From assembly GCA_009692505.1 (NCBI GenBank), contig SHZC01000003.1, positions 9,169 through 73,168 of the forward strand: a DNA stretch of 64,000 bases. Reading direction: 5' to 3'. The stretch is from Myxococcales bacterium. GTDB lineage: Bacteria > Myxococcota_A > Bradymonadia > UBA7976 > UBA1532. A program made the translations under genes and the position numbers. A model generated the notes under the pieces. The model did no database searches. It had not been told where the DNA came from and saw nothing but the letters and a program-made list of their open reading frames with translations. Shown here piece by piece: positions 50,853 to 59,001 of the stretch. Positions within the stretch are counted from its first letter, which is position 1. Every line of letters begins with the position of its first letter.

Positions 50853-53330
50853 CTAAGGGGCGACGTAGTCCTCGATGAAGAAGCCAATGCGGGCCAGTTG
50901 CGCGGCTGTGAGTGCGGCGCCCCCCTGCGGCATCCGGCTGCCCCCCCGCGCGCCCTGTGTGCCCAGGAGCTTCTGCAAAAGGAAGCTGTTCGCCGGATCT
51001 CCCGGCTCAATCAGATCGAGCCCGCCGCCTGCCAAAGCGCGGATGTTGACTGTGTCCGCCGTGAACGGCGGCGAGAGGGACATCTGCCCCAAAGGCGCCG
51101 GGCCCGTATGGCAGCCGCAGCGCCCGCTGAAGAGCACCTGAAGCTCCTGTTGTGTATAGGGAGCGAGGCAGGTCCGGGTCAGGGCGCACTGAACGTCTAA
51201 GCAGTCGGTCTGCCCATTGACGTTGTCATCGACGCCGTTGTCGCAGATCTCGTCTCCGCAGGCAGGTACGAGCGCGCAGTCCGGGTCCGCGCAGTCCGTG
51301 CCGTTGCGCCGGTTATCATCGATGCCGTTGCCGCAGATCTCCGGCAGGCAATAGGCGGCGACGACGCAGTCGGGATCGGCGCAATCGACGAGCCGGTCAA
51401 GGTCGTTGTCGACCTGGTCGTCGCAGATCTCGTCGGCACAGACGAGCGCGGCGGCGCAGTCCGGATCGGCGCAGTCGGTCAATCCGTCGAGGTTGTCGTC
51501 CAGGCCGTTGGCGCAGGCCTCGACTCCGCAAACCGGCTGACCGTCACAGTCGGCATCGTCGCAATCGGCGAAGCCGTCAAGGTCATTGTCGAGTTGGTCG
51601 TTGCAGACCTCGACTCGGCAGGCCGCGCCCCCCGCGCAGTCGGCGTCGGCGCAGTCGCTCTGACCGTCGCCGTCATCATCTCGACCGTTGTCGCAGACCT
51701 CCGCGCGCAGACAAACGGCGTTGCCCGCGCAGGAGGGATCGGCGCAATCGACGAGGCCATCGCCATCATCGTCCGCGAGGTTATCGCAGTCCTCGCCTGC
51801 CTGACATGCGGGTGTACCCACGCAGTCGGCGTCGGCGCAGTCGGTGAACCCGTCTCCGTCGTCGTCCGCGCCGTTGTCGCAGACCTCGGGGGCCGCGCAG
51901 GCCGGATCTCCGTTGCAGCCGGGATCGGCGCAGTCGACGAGTCCATCCCCGTCGTCGTCGCGGAGATTGCCGCAGTCCTCTGCCGCCCCGCAGCCCTGCG
52001 CGCCGCCGCACTCGGGGTCGAAGCAGTCGACGAGGAAGTCGCCGTCGTTGTCGACGTGGTCGTCGCAGTCCTCGGCCTGGCAGAACAGCTCGGCGCGACA
52101 GCGGGCATCATCGCAGTCGACGAAGCCGTCGCCGTTGTCGTCGATGAGGTTCCCGCAGAGCTCCGGATCGCCGATGGGCGCGAGGCTGTCTATCCACAGG
52201 CCGATGCGCTCAATCTGAAGCGCTTGAAGCCTCACCCTCGGGGGCGGAGGCATGGGGTCCCCGCCGCCGACGTCAACGTGGGTTCCTTCGATCTTGCGAT
52301 AGAGGAAGCTGCGCTGCCGGTCGCCCGGCTCGATCCGATCGAAGAGCCCTCGAACGGCGGGCAGGTTGACGGTATTGGCCGCGAACGGCGGATCGAGCCG
52401 CAGCCCACCCGACGCACCGCCCGCAGTGTGGCAGCCGGCACAGTAGATGCTGAAGAGGCCCTGAATCTCCTCTTCGGAGTAGGGCACTCGGCACGCCGCC
52501 TCCATGAGGCAGTCGTCATCATTACAGTCGTCGAAGGTGTCCTGATCGTCGTCGAGGTCGTTGCCACAGATCTCGACGAGGCACGCGGGAAACCCGGCGC
52601 AGTCGTCGTCGTCACAGTCGGCCGCGAGGTCGCCGTCGTCATCGGCCCCGTTCTCGCAGAGCTCACTCTGGCAGGTTGGGGCGGCCTGGCAGTCCGGGTC
52701 GTTGCAGTCGGCCAGGCTGTCTCCGTCCTCGTCCCCTTCGACCTCGCACTGCTCGCGGAGGTCCACCGGCAAGCCATCGATGAACAGGGCCAGACGCTCG
52801 AGCTCAAAGTCCGTGAACCGCCCCGGGCCGAGCGGCATGGGATCACCCGAGCCGCCGACGTCGAGGTAGGTATAGGCGAGCTTGTGGAAGAGGTAGCTGC
52901 GGCGGTGGTCTCCCGGCTCGATGCGGTCAATATCCAGGGCGCCGAGCGCGGGTACGTTGACCGTCTGGGTCCGGAGGTCGGGGTCGAGCGCCAGCCCCCC
53001 CAACGTATTGCCGCCGATGTGACAGCCCAGGCAGCGGACCGCGAAGATCGCCTGCAATTCATCGGCGGTGAACGCCGTCGGGCCGGCGTCCATGGCCAGA
53101 TCGACAGCCATGTCGGACGCCAGATCGGGCGTGGGCCCATCCGGCTCGAGCGTGTCCCGCACGAGGGCGTCGACGAGGCCACCCTCTAACGCGGCCAGAT
53201 CCTCCGTCGGGGCGTCCATGCCGAAGTCGACGGCGAGGTCGGGAGCGGTCGGATCACTCGGCTCGCCACAGGCCACTGCGAGCGCAAAGATGGAGAAGGC
53301 AACGGCGAGTCGGGCAGTGGCCGTGTGCAT
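50853..53330 (-). CDS. Secreted lipoprotein: three CxxCH-type PSCyt1-like modules interleaved with 14 Cys-rich DxDxDG (MopE-type putative metal-binding) repeats
   Basis: Lipobox LAVAC. Heme-type motifs are CLGCH (53019-53033), CAGCH (52428-52442) and CGCH (51108-51119). Each lies in a module of the form ...L.LD....TVN....IEPGD...S.L..K......MP......L....IG.WI. There are 14 repeats of about 29 aa, e.g. CDNGADDDGDGFTDCADADCVGTPAC: 3 at about 52540-52800 and 11 at about 51200-52190. Confidence 0.7.
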   Translation of the reverse strand: MHTATARLAVAFSIFALAVACGEPSDPTAPDLAVDFGMDAPTEDLAALEGGLVDALVRDTLEPDGPTPDLASDMAVDLAMDAGPTAFTADELQAIFAVRCLGCHIGGNTLGGLALDPDLRTQTVNVPALGALDIDRIEPGDHRRSYLFHKLAYTYLDVGGSGDPMPLGPGRFTDFELERLALFIDGLPVDLREQCEVEGDEDGDSLADCNDPDCQAAPTCQSELCENGADDDGDLAADCDDDDCAGFPACLVEICGNDLDDDQDTFDDCNDDDCLMEAACRVPYSEEEIQGLFSIYCAGCHTAGGASGGLRLDPPFAANTVNLPAVRGLFDRIEPGDRQRSFLYRKIEGTHVDVGGGDPMPPPPRVRLQALQIERIGLWIDSLAPIGDPELCGNLIDDNGDGFVDCDDARCRAELFCQAEDCDDHVDNDGDFLVDCFDPECGGAQGCGAAEDCGNLRDDDGDGLVDCADPGCNGDPACAAPEVCDNGADDDGDGFTDCADADCVGTPACQAGEDCDNLADDDGDGLVDCADPSCAGNAVCLRAEVCDNGRDDDGDGQSDCADADCAGGAACRVEVCNDQLDNDLDGFADCDDADCDGQPVCGVEACANGLDDNLDGLTDCADPDCAAALVCADEICDDQVDNDLDRLVDCADPDCVVAAYCLPEICGNGIDDNRRNGTDCADPDCALVPACGDEICDNGVDDNVNGQTDCLDVQCALTRTCLAPYTQQELQVLFSGRCGCHTGPAPLGQMSLSPPFTADTVNIRALAGGGLDLIEPGDPANSFLLQKLLGTQGARGGSRMPQGGAALTAAQLARIGFFIEDYVAP

Positions 53331-53992
53331 CAGAGGCCATCGATGTAAGAGGCGACGAGGTCGAGGTCCTCGGCGGAGAAGGGGCCGCTGCCGAGCGGCA
53401 TGCGGCTCCCCATGCCCCCGAGGTCCGCATGGCTGCCGTTGAGCTTGGCCCAGAGGTAGCTGCGGGCATGATCGCCGGGCTCGATCCGGTTGACGCCATC
53501 GCCCTGGACCGCAGGAACCCCGACCGTCTCGATGGTGAAGTCGCTGTCCAAGCTCAGCTGACCCGATCGGCCAACGCCGGTATGACAGCCGGCGCAGCGC
53601 GCATCGAGCAGCGCCTGGACGTCTTCTTTTGAAGCACCCACCGGGGGGATCACACCGCCGGGATCGGGCATGCCGCCGGGCGCGGGCGTGCCGCCGGGCT
53701 CGGGCGTGCCGCCGGGCGCGGGCGTGCCGCCGGGCGCGGGCATGCCGCCGGGCGCGGGCGTGCCACCCGGAGCGGGCGTGCCACCCGGAGCGGGCATGCC
53801 ACCCGGAGCGGGCGTGCCACCGGGCTCAGGCGTGCCCCCCGGAGCGGGCGTGCCCCCCGGAGCGGGCGTTCCACCAGCCGCGGGAACCCCACCCGAGGCA
53901 CCCATGCCGCCGGCCTCGGCGTCGTCCTCGGCGGAGCAGGCGAACATCAAAGCCGTAACCGCGGTACCGAGCACAAGGCGGGAAAGAGTCAT
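53330..53992 (-). CDS. Lipoprotein with a (GGTPAP)n linker and one CxxCH PSCyt1-like module
   Basis: Lipobox LMFAC. About 13 hexapeptide repeats GG(T/M)P(A/E)P are encoded by an 18-bp tandem array at about 53655-53885. CAGCH lies at 53582-53596, followed by IEPGDHARSYLWAKL...MPLGSGPFSAEDLDLVASYI. The stop overlaps the downstream ATG by 1 nt (TGATG). Confidence 0.65.
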   Translation of the reverse strand: MTLSRLVLGTAVTALMFACSAEDDAEAGGMGASGGVPAAGGTPAPGGTPAPGGTPEPGGTPAPGGMPAPGGTPAPGGTPAPGGMPAPGGTPAPGGTPEPGGTPAPGGMPDPGGVIPPVGASKEDVQALLDARCAGCHTGVGRSGQLSLDSDFTIETVGVPAVQGDGVNRIEPGDHARSYLWAKLNGSHADLGGMGSRMPLGSGPFSAEDLDLVASYIDGL

Positions 53993-54226
53993 GTAGGGGG
54001 CTCCATAGAGGGTGACGGGGCGGCGACAACGCCGTCCAACGGGACCGAATTACGGCACATGGGGTAAGAGAAGCAAGAACAGCGGGGATGGGAGCCTGCG
54101 AGGGCAGGCTGCGCGTCAGGCCCGGGGAGTCACGCCCGAGGAGTCAGGCGAGCGACGTGGGGCCGCCGGGCGGAGCGAAGAGAGTTGGGAGCGGGCAGTA
54201 TGAAGAGGGGGCGACGGAGGTCGCGC

Positions 54227-54910
54227 TCAGGGGCAGACGGGCGGGGGGACGTCGGTCCCTTCGCAGCTCGCCTTGAAGGAGGCGTTGAGCACCTTGACGA
54301 ACGGGATCAGCTCCTCGCAGGTCGCCTTGCCCGCGACGATGTCGGCGTTGAACGGCGACTCGAGGCAGCTCGTGAGGCAGCCGTTGAGGAGCCCGATCCG
54401 GCTGTCCGCATCCAAGCCTGGGCAGGGATCCGGGTCGCCATCGGCCGTGGCGCAATCGGCCAGGCGACCACACTGCAAGGTGCACTTGTCGCAGTCAGTG
54501 GGGACCGCTTCGGCCGGACAGGTTGCCAGCACCGGAGGCACCGCGCCACCCGCGCCACCCGCGCCACCCGCGCCGCCCGCGCCGCCCGCGCCGCCCGCGC
54601 CGCCCGCTCCGCCCGCTCCGCCCGCAGGCACGCAGGCCTCGCCACCAGCGCCACCGGCAACAGTGCCACCCGCGCCACCGGCGACCGCGCCACCGGCTCC
54701 ACCGGCAACAGCGCCACCGGCTCCACCGGCTCCACCGGCAACAGCGCCACCGGCTCCACCGGCGACAGCGCCACCCGCGCCACCGGCGACCGCGCCACCG
54801 CTGCCACCCGCGCCCATGTCCGTCGTGTCCGCCTCTTCGTCCTTCTTACAGGCCGAGAACGCCATCGCCGCACACAGGAGGGTCAACATCTGCTTCGTGG
54901 TCATGTTCAT
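54227..54910 (-). CDS. Lipoprotein with a long Gly/Ala-rich linker and a Cys-rich C-terminal domain
   Basis: The start is taken at ATG 54910 (MNMTTKQMLTLLCAAMAFSAC, lipobox). (GGAGGAVA)n and (GGA)n low complexity is encoded by 9- to 24-bp repeats at about 54535-54800. The C-terminal 110 aa carries 10 Cys. Confidence 0.55.
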   Translation of the reverse strand: MNMTTKQMLTLLCAAMAFSACKKDEEADTTDMGAGGSGGAVAGGAGGAVAGGAGGAVAGGAGGAGGAVAGGAGGAVAGGAGGTVAGGAGGEACVPAGGAGGAGGAGGAGGAGGAGGAGGAGGAVPPVLATCPAEAVPTDCDKCTLQCGRLADCATADGDPDPCPGLDADSRIGLLNGCLTSCLESPFNADIVAGKATCEELIPFVKVLNASFKASCEGTDVPPPVCP

Positions 54911-55019
54911 GCTCAAGTCTCCAAAAGTTTTGCTGCAGAGCTCATCCCCGCCGCGCCAACAATGTCGCAAACGGAGGATGTGGTTCAATCAATCGGTATC
55001 GCGACGGGTCAGAGCCCGC

Positions 55020-57101
55020 TCACTTCATGCGGCTGGCTTCGGCGAACCGCTTCTTCAGATCTTCGCTGACCTCGCTGGGCACCTGGCTGTACTTCGCGAA
55101 CTCCATGGTGAACTCGGCCTTGCCTTGGGTCGCCGAGCGAAGGTCCGTGGAGTACCCGAACATCTCAGACAGCGGCACCTCGGCCTCGACGCGGGCGAAC
55201 CCATCCTCCTCGGACGTCGCCGTGATGGCGCCGCGTCGCTGGAAGAGGGTCTTGACGATGCCGCCCTGGAAGTCATTGGGGCCTTCGCAGACCACGCGCA
55301 TGACCGGCTCGAGGATCACCGGGCCCGCTCGACCGTACGCCTCACGGAAGGCCCCTCGGGCGGCCTCCTGGAACGCGATGTCCGAGGAGTCCACGGCGTG
55401 GGCCGCGCCGTCATTGATCACGAACTTGATGTTCACGACGGGGAAGCCGATGAGGCGACCCTTGGGCATCATCGAGCGGAAGCCCTTATCGCAAGCCGAG
55501 ATGTACTCGCGGGGGATCACGCCGCCGACGATCTGCTCCTCGAAGAGGTACTCAGCCTCGGGCCACGGCTCGAACCAACCGGCCACGCGTCCGTACTGAC
55601 CCGACCCACCGGTCTGCTTCTTGTGGGTGTAGTTGAACTCGGCCTTCTTCGTGATCGTCTCGCGGTAAGCCACCTGCGGCGCGCCCGTGTCGACCTCACA
55701 CTTGTACTCGCGGCGCATACGCTCGACGTAGACCTCGAGGTGGAGCTCGCCCATGCCGCAGACGATGGTCTCGCCGGAGTCGGTGTCGACGTAGCTGCGG
55801 AACGTGGGGTCCTCTCGGGTGAAGCGTCCGAGGGCCTTCGACATGTTGATCTGCGACGCGCTGTCCTTGGGCTTGATCATCAGGCGCATGACCGGCTCGG
55901 GCACGAACATGCTGGTCATCGCGATTTCGACGGTGCCGTCGGTGAACGTGTCGCCGGTGGCGCAGTCGACGCCGAAGAGCGCGCAGAGGTCGCCTGCCCC
56001 GGTGTCTTCGATGTCCTCCATCTCGTCGGAGTGCATCCGGACGAGGCGGCCGATCTTGACCTTCTTCTTGGTCCGCATATTGACGACGGAGTCGCCCTTG
56101 CGAAGCGTGCCCTGGTAGACCCGCACGTAGGTGAGCTGACCGTACCGGCCGTCGTCGAGCTTGAAGGCCAGCAGGACGAGGGGCTTATTGAAGACGCTGT
56201 CGAGGACGATCGGCACCTCGTTGTTGTCGAGATCCACGCCGGCGTTCTCGACGTCCGGCGGGCCGGGCAAATAGGACTGCACGCCGTCAAGCAAGGTCTG
56301 GACGGCCTTGTTCTTGTACGCGCTGCCCATCATCACGGGCGTGAGCTTCAGCGCGATGGTGCCGCGGCGGATCGCCAGACGAACGCGCTCATTGTCGACG
56401 TTGCCCTCGAGGATCTGCTCCATGAGCTCGTCGTCGAACATGGACACCGCGTCGAGCATCTTCTCCCGATATTCGGCCGCCGTGGCCACGAGCTCCTCGG
56501 GGATATCGGTGATCGTGATCTCCTCGCCGGCGGGCCCAGTGTAGTACATGGCCTTCATCTCGATGAGGTCCACGACGCCCTTGAACTCGGCCTCGTAGCC
56601 GATGGGAATCTGGATCATGACCGCGTTGAGCCCGAGCTTCTCGCGGAGTTGGGCGGAGACCTTGTAGGGGTTGGCCCCCTGGCGATCGAGCTTGTTGATG
56701 AAGGCGATGCGCGGCACCTTGTAGCGGCGCATCTGGCGGTCGACGGTGATGGACTGGCTCTGCACGCCCGCCACGCCGCAGAGGACGAGGATCGCCCCGT
56801 CGAGCACGCGCAAGGAACGTTCGACCTCAATCGTGAAGTCGACGTGTCCAGGGGTGTCGATGATGTTGATGACGTTCCCCTTCCAGCTGCAGTGGGTCGC
56901 CGCAGACTGGATGGTGATGCCGCGCTCGCGCTCGAGATCCATGGAGTCCATCTTGGCGCCGACCCCATCCTTGCCGCGCACTTCGTGAATGGCGTGGATG
57001 CGGTTGGTGTAGAAGAGGATCCGCTCGGTCAAGGTGGTCTTGCCCGAGTCGATGTGAGCGCTGATACCGATGTTTCTAACCTGTGCGAGGTCGGTGATCA
57101 T
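55020..57101 (-). CDS. fusA: Elongation factor G (stand-alone copy, not in an rpsL-rpsG-fusA-tuf context)
   Basis: 693 aa with [28 protein letters not shown] and NKLDR. All five EF-G domains are apparent. Confidence 0.95.
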   Translation of the reverse strand: MITDLAQVRNIGISAHIDSGKTTLTERILFYTNRIHAIHEVRGKDGVGAKMDSMDLERERGITIQSAATHCSWKGNVINIIDTPGHVDFTIEVERSLRVLDGAILVLCGVAGVQSQSITVDRQMRRYKVPRIAFINKLDRQGANPYKVSAQLREKLGLNAVMIQIPIGYEAEFKGVVDLIEMKAMYYTGPAGEEITITDIPEELVATAAEYREKMLDAVSMFDDELMEQILEGNVDNERVRLAIRRGTIALKLTPVMMGSAYKNKAVQTLLDGVQSYLPGPPDVENAGVDLDNNEVPIVLDSVFNKPLVLLAFKLDDGRYGQLTYVRVYQGTLRKGDSVVNMRTKKKVKIGRLVRMHSDEMEDIEDTGAGDLCALFGVDCATGDTFTDGTVEIAMTSMFVPEPVMRLMIKPKDSASQINMSKALGRFTREDPTFRSYVDTDSGETIVCGMGELHLEVYVERMRREYKCEVDTGAPQVAYRETITKKAEFNYTHKKQTGGSGQYGRVAGWFEPWPEAEYLFEEQIVGGVIPREYISACDKGFRSMMPKGRLIGFPVVNIKFVINDGAAHAVDSSDIAFQEAARGAFREAYGRAGPVILEPVMRVVCEGPNDFQGGIVKTLFQRRGAITATSEEDGFARVEAEVPLSEMFGYSTDLRSATQGKAEFTMEFAKYSQVPSEVSEDLKKRFAEASRMK

Positions 57102-57147
57102 GGCGGCCTACTTTCTGCTGTGGAGGGGGGTCCGTTTTGGGCGCGGG

Positions 57148-57175
57148 AGGATAACGATGAAATCTCGGTTTACAA
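57148..57175 (-). promoter_or_regulatory. Possible sigma-70-type promoter for fusA
   Basis: Minus strand reads TTGTAA (57175-57170), a 16-nt spacer, then TATCCT (57153-57148), about 47 nt upstream of the fusA ATG. Match by eye only. Confidence 0.2.
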
Positions 57176-57229
57176 GGAGCACTCTTGAAAAATTCTCAGA
57201 CCCGTTCGGCACGTCGAAGTTGAGGTCAC

Positions 57230-58183
57230 GTGCGTCATAGACCTCCGCCGCGCAGCGCCAAGGCCGTCGCCCGGCCTGAAGGCACCACACCCGATGGGCG
57301 CGTCATAACCCGCAAAGGCCCGGTGATCTTTGTCAGCCGCGGGGTCCACCGCGAGGAGAAGATCGTACCGTGTTCGGCACGCGGGCCGGGCAAAGGCGCG
57401 GTGGTCGGCGACTACGTTTACCTCACGGGCGACGTCATCACGCACGTCGCGCCGCGCCGAACGGAGCTCATCCGGGTCGACGCGCTCGGCGACCGACCCC
57501 AGATCATCGCCGCCAACGTCGACGTGATGTTCATCGTCTGCGCGGTCGAGCCACCGCTGCGTGAGGGGCTGATCGACCGATACCTTGTCGCGGCCCACGC
57601 CTCCGGCATCGACGCCGAGATCGTCTTCAACAAGATCGACCTCTTCCTCGATGACGACCCTGAAGACGCGGCCGACTTCAAGGAGCGCCTCGCGGTCTAC
57701 CCTCCACTCGGCGTGCCAGTGCATTGGTGCTGCGCCGTCGAGGGTCGGGGGCTCGACACGGTGCGCACGGCCATCGACGGGCGGATCGGCATCTTCGTGG
57801 GTCACAGCGGCACAGGGAAGACGAGCCTGCTCAACGCCTTGATCCCCGGGGCCGGCTACCGCGTGCAGGAGCTCAGCGAGCAGAGCGGGCGCGGACGGCA
57901 CACGACGACCCACACCGAGCTCTACGCCTTGCCGACCGGCGGGGAGATCATCGACAGCCCGGGCATCCGCGGGTTCGGCCTCTGGGCCATCGCGGCCGAC
58001 AAAGTCAAAGATCACTTCGTCGAGTTCGCCGCCTTCGCCACGAAGTGCCGCTTCGGGGACTGCGCGCACGACCAGGAGCCGAACTGTGCGGTCAAAGCCG
58101 CCGTGGAGCGGGAGAAGATCAGCCCCCTGCGGTACGAGGCCTATCTGCGGATCCGTGAGTCCATCGACGATCCCGGGCCTTGA
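57230..58183 (+). CDS. rsgA: Ribosome small-subunit-dependent GTPase A
   Basis: Circularly permuted GTPase: NKIDL precedes GHSGTGKTSLLNAL and DSPGIR. C-terminal Zn knuckle CRFGDCAHDQEPNCAV. Confidence 0.85.
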   Translation: MRHRPPPRSAKAVARPEGTTPDGRVITRKGPVIFVSRGVHREEKIVPCSARGPGKGAVVGDYVYLTGDVITHVAPRRTELIRVDALGDRPQIIAANVDVMFIVCAVEPPLREGLIDRYLVAAHASGIDAEIVFNKIDLFLDDDPEDAADFKERLAVYPPLGVPVHWCCAVEGRGLDTVRTAIDGRIGIFVGHSGTGKTSLLNALIPGAGYRVQELSEQSGRGRHTTTHTELYALPTGGEIIDSPGIRGFGLWAIAADKVKDHFVEFAAFATKCRFGDCAHDQEPNCAVKAAVEREKISPLRYEAYLRIRESIDDPGP

Positions 58184-58947
58184 AGACCGACGACGAGGAT
58201 CCTCTTGAGCGCGTGCCGCTCTCGCGAACGATGACGCTCTGGCAGCGGGTCCTGGGCCACAAGATCGCCTCGGATGACCTCCTGCTCGCCGGGCTCGCGG
58301 CTATGGCCTCGCCCAATGCACGGCACCTCCTGGATCTGGGGACCGGCAAAGGCACCGTCGCGCTCCTGCTCGCCGGCATCCTGCCTGAGGCGCGGATTGT
58401 CGGCGTCGAGGCCTTCGCTCAGAGCATGGATCTCGCGCGTCGGAACGTGTCCGACAACGGCCTCGAGGCTCGCGTCGAGCTGCGCCTTGGAGACCTCCGG
58501 GACGACCTGCTCTTCAGCGGCGACGAGCCCTTTGATCTCATCACCGGCGCGCCGCCTTTCATGCCGCTTGGCTCGGGGCCGATGCCCAGGGACGGCCAAC
58601 GCGCTGCCGGGCGATTCGAGCTGCGAGGGGGCATCGAGGCCTACGCCGCTCGGGCGCGAGGCCTGCTCGGCGACGACGGGCGCTTCGTCTTTCTGATGGA
58701 CGGCGGCGGCCGCGTCCGGGCCGAGCACGCGATGCGCCAAGCGGGCCTCGGGCTCGATCAGGTCATCACCATCTCGCCGAGACCCGGACGCCCGCCGACC
58801 TATGTCGTCCTCATCGGCCAACGCAACCAACCCGGCCGGAGCGCGGGCACCGAGGAGACGGTGCTGACGATGCGTGAGGCCGAGGGCGAAGGCTGGTCCC
58901 CGGGCTACTTGAAGCTCCGCCGATCCCTGGACCTGCCCTGGCTCTGA
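58180..58947 (+). CDS. Class I SAM-dependent methyltransferase (TrmN6/YfiC-like N6-adenine type)
   Basis: DLGTGKGTVALLLA and IVGVE, with FDLITGAPPF (an NPPY-type motif variant). The TTG start overlaps the rsgA stop (TTGA). An internal ATG at 58231 is an alternative start. Confidence 0.6.
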   Translation: MKTDDEDPLERVPLSRTMTLWQRVLGHKIASDDLLLAGLAAMASPNARHLLDLGTGKGTVALLLAGILPEARIVGVEAFAQSMDLARRNVSDNGLEARVELRLGDLRDDLLFSGDEPFDLITGAPPFMPLGSGPMPRDGQRAAGRFELRGGIEAYAARARGLLGDDGRFVFLMDGGGRVRAEHAMRQAGLGLDQVITISPRPGRPPTYVVLIGQRNQPGRSAGTEETVLTMREAEGEGWSPGYLKLRRSLDLPWL

Positions 58948-59001
58948 CTCGCGACGGGTACAGTCGGGCACAACGATTGCTATCCTCGCCGCCGAAACCA
59001 T

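Noticed and set aside
54273-57188. 971-aa plus-strand ORF, the longest in its region
   Set aside because: It is antisense to fusA and to the Gly/Ala-repeat lipoprotein gene. Its product is low-complexity (PAPP runs, Arg/Ala/Gly-rich) with no recognisable motifs, whereas the opposite strand encodes a textbook EF-G. This is a typical high-GC mirror ORF.
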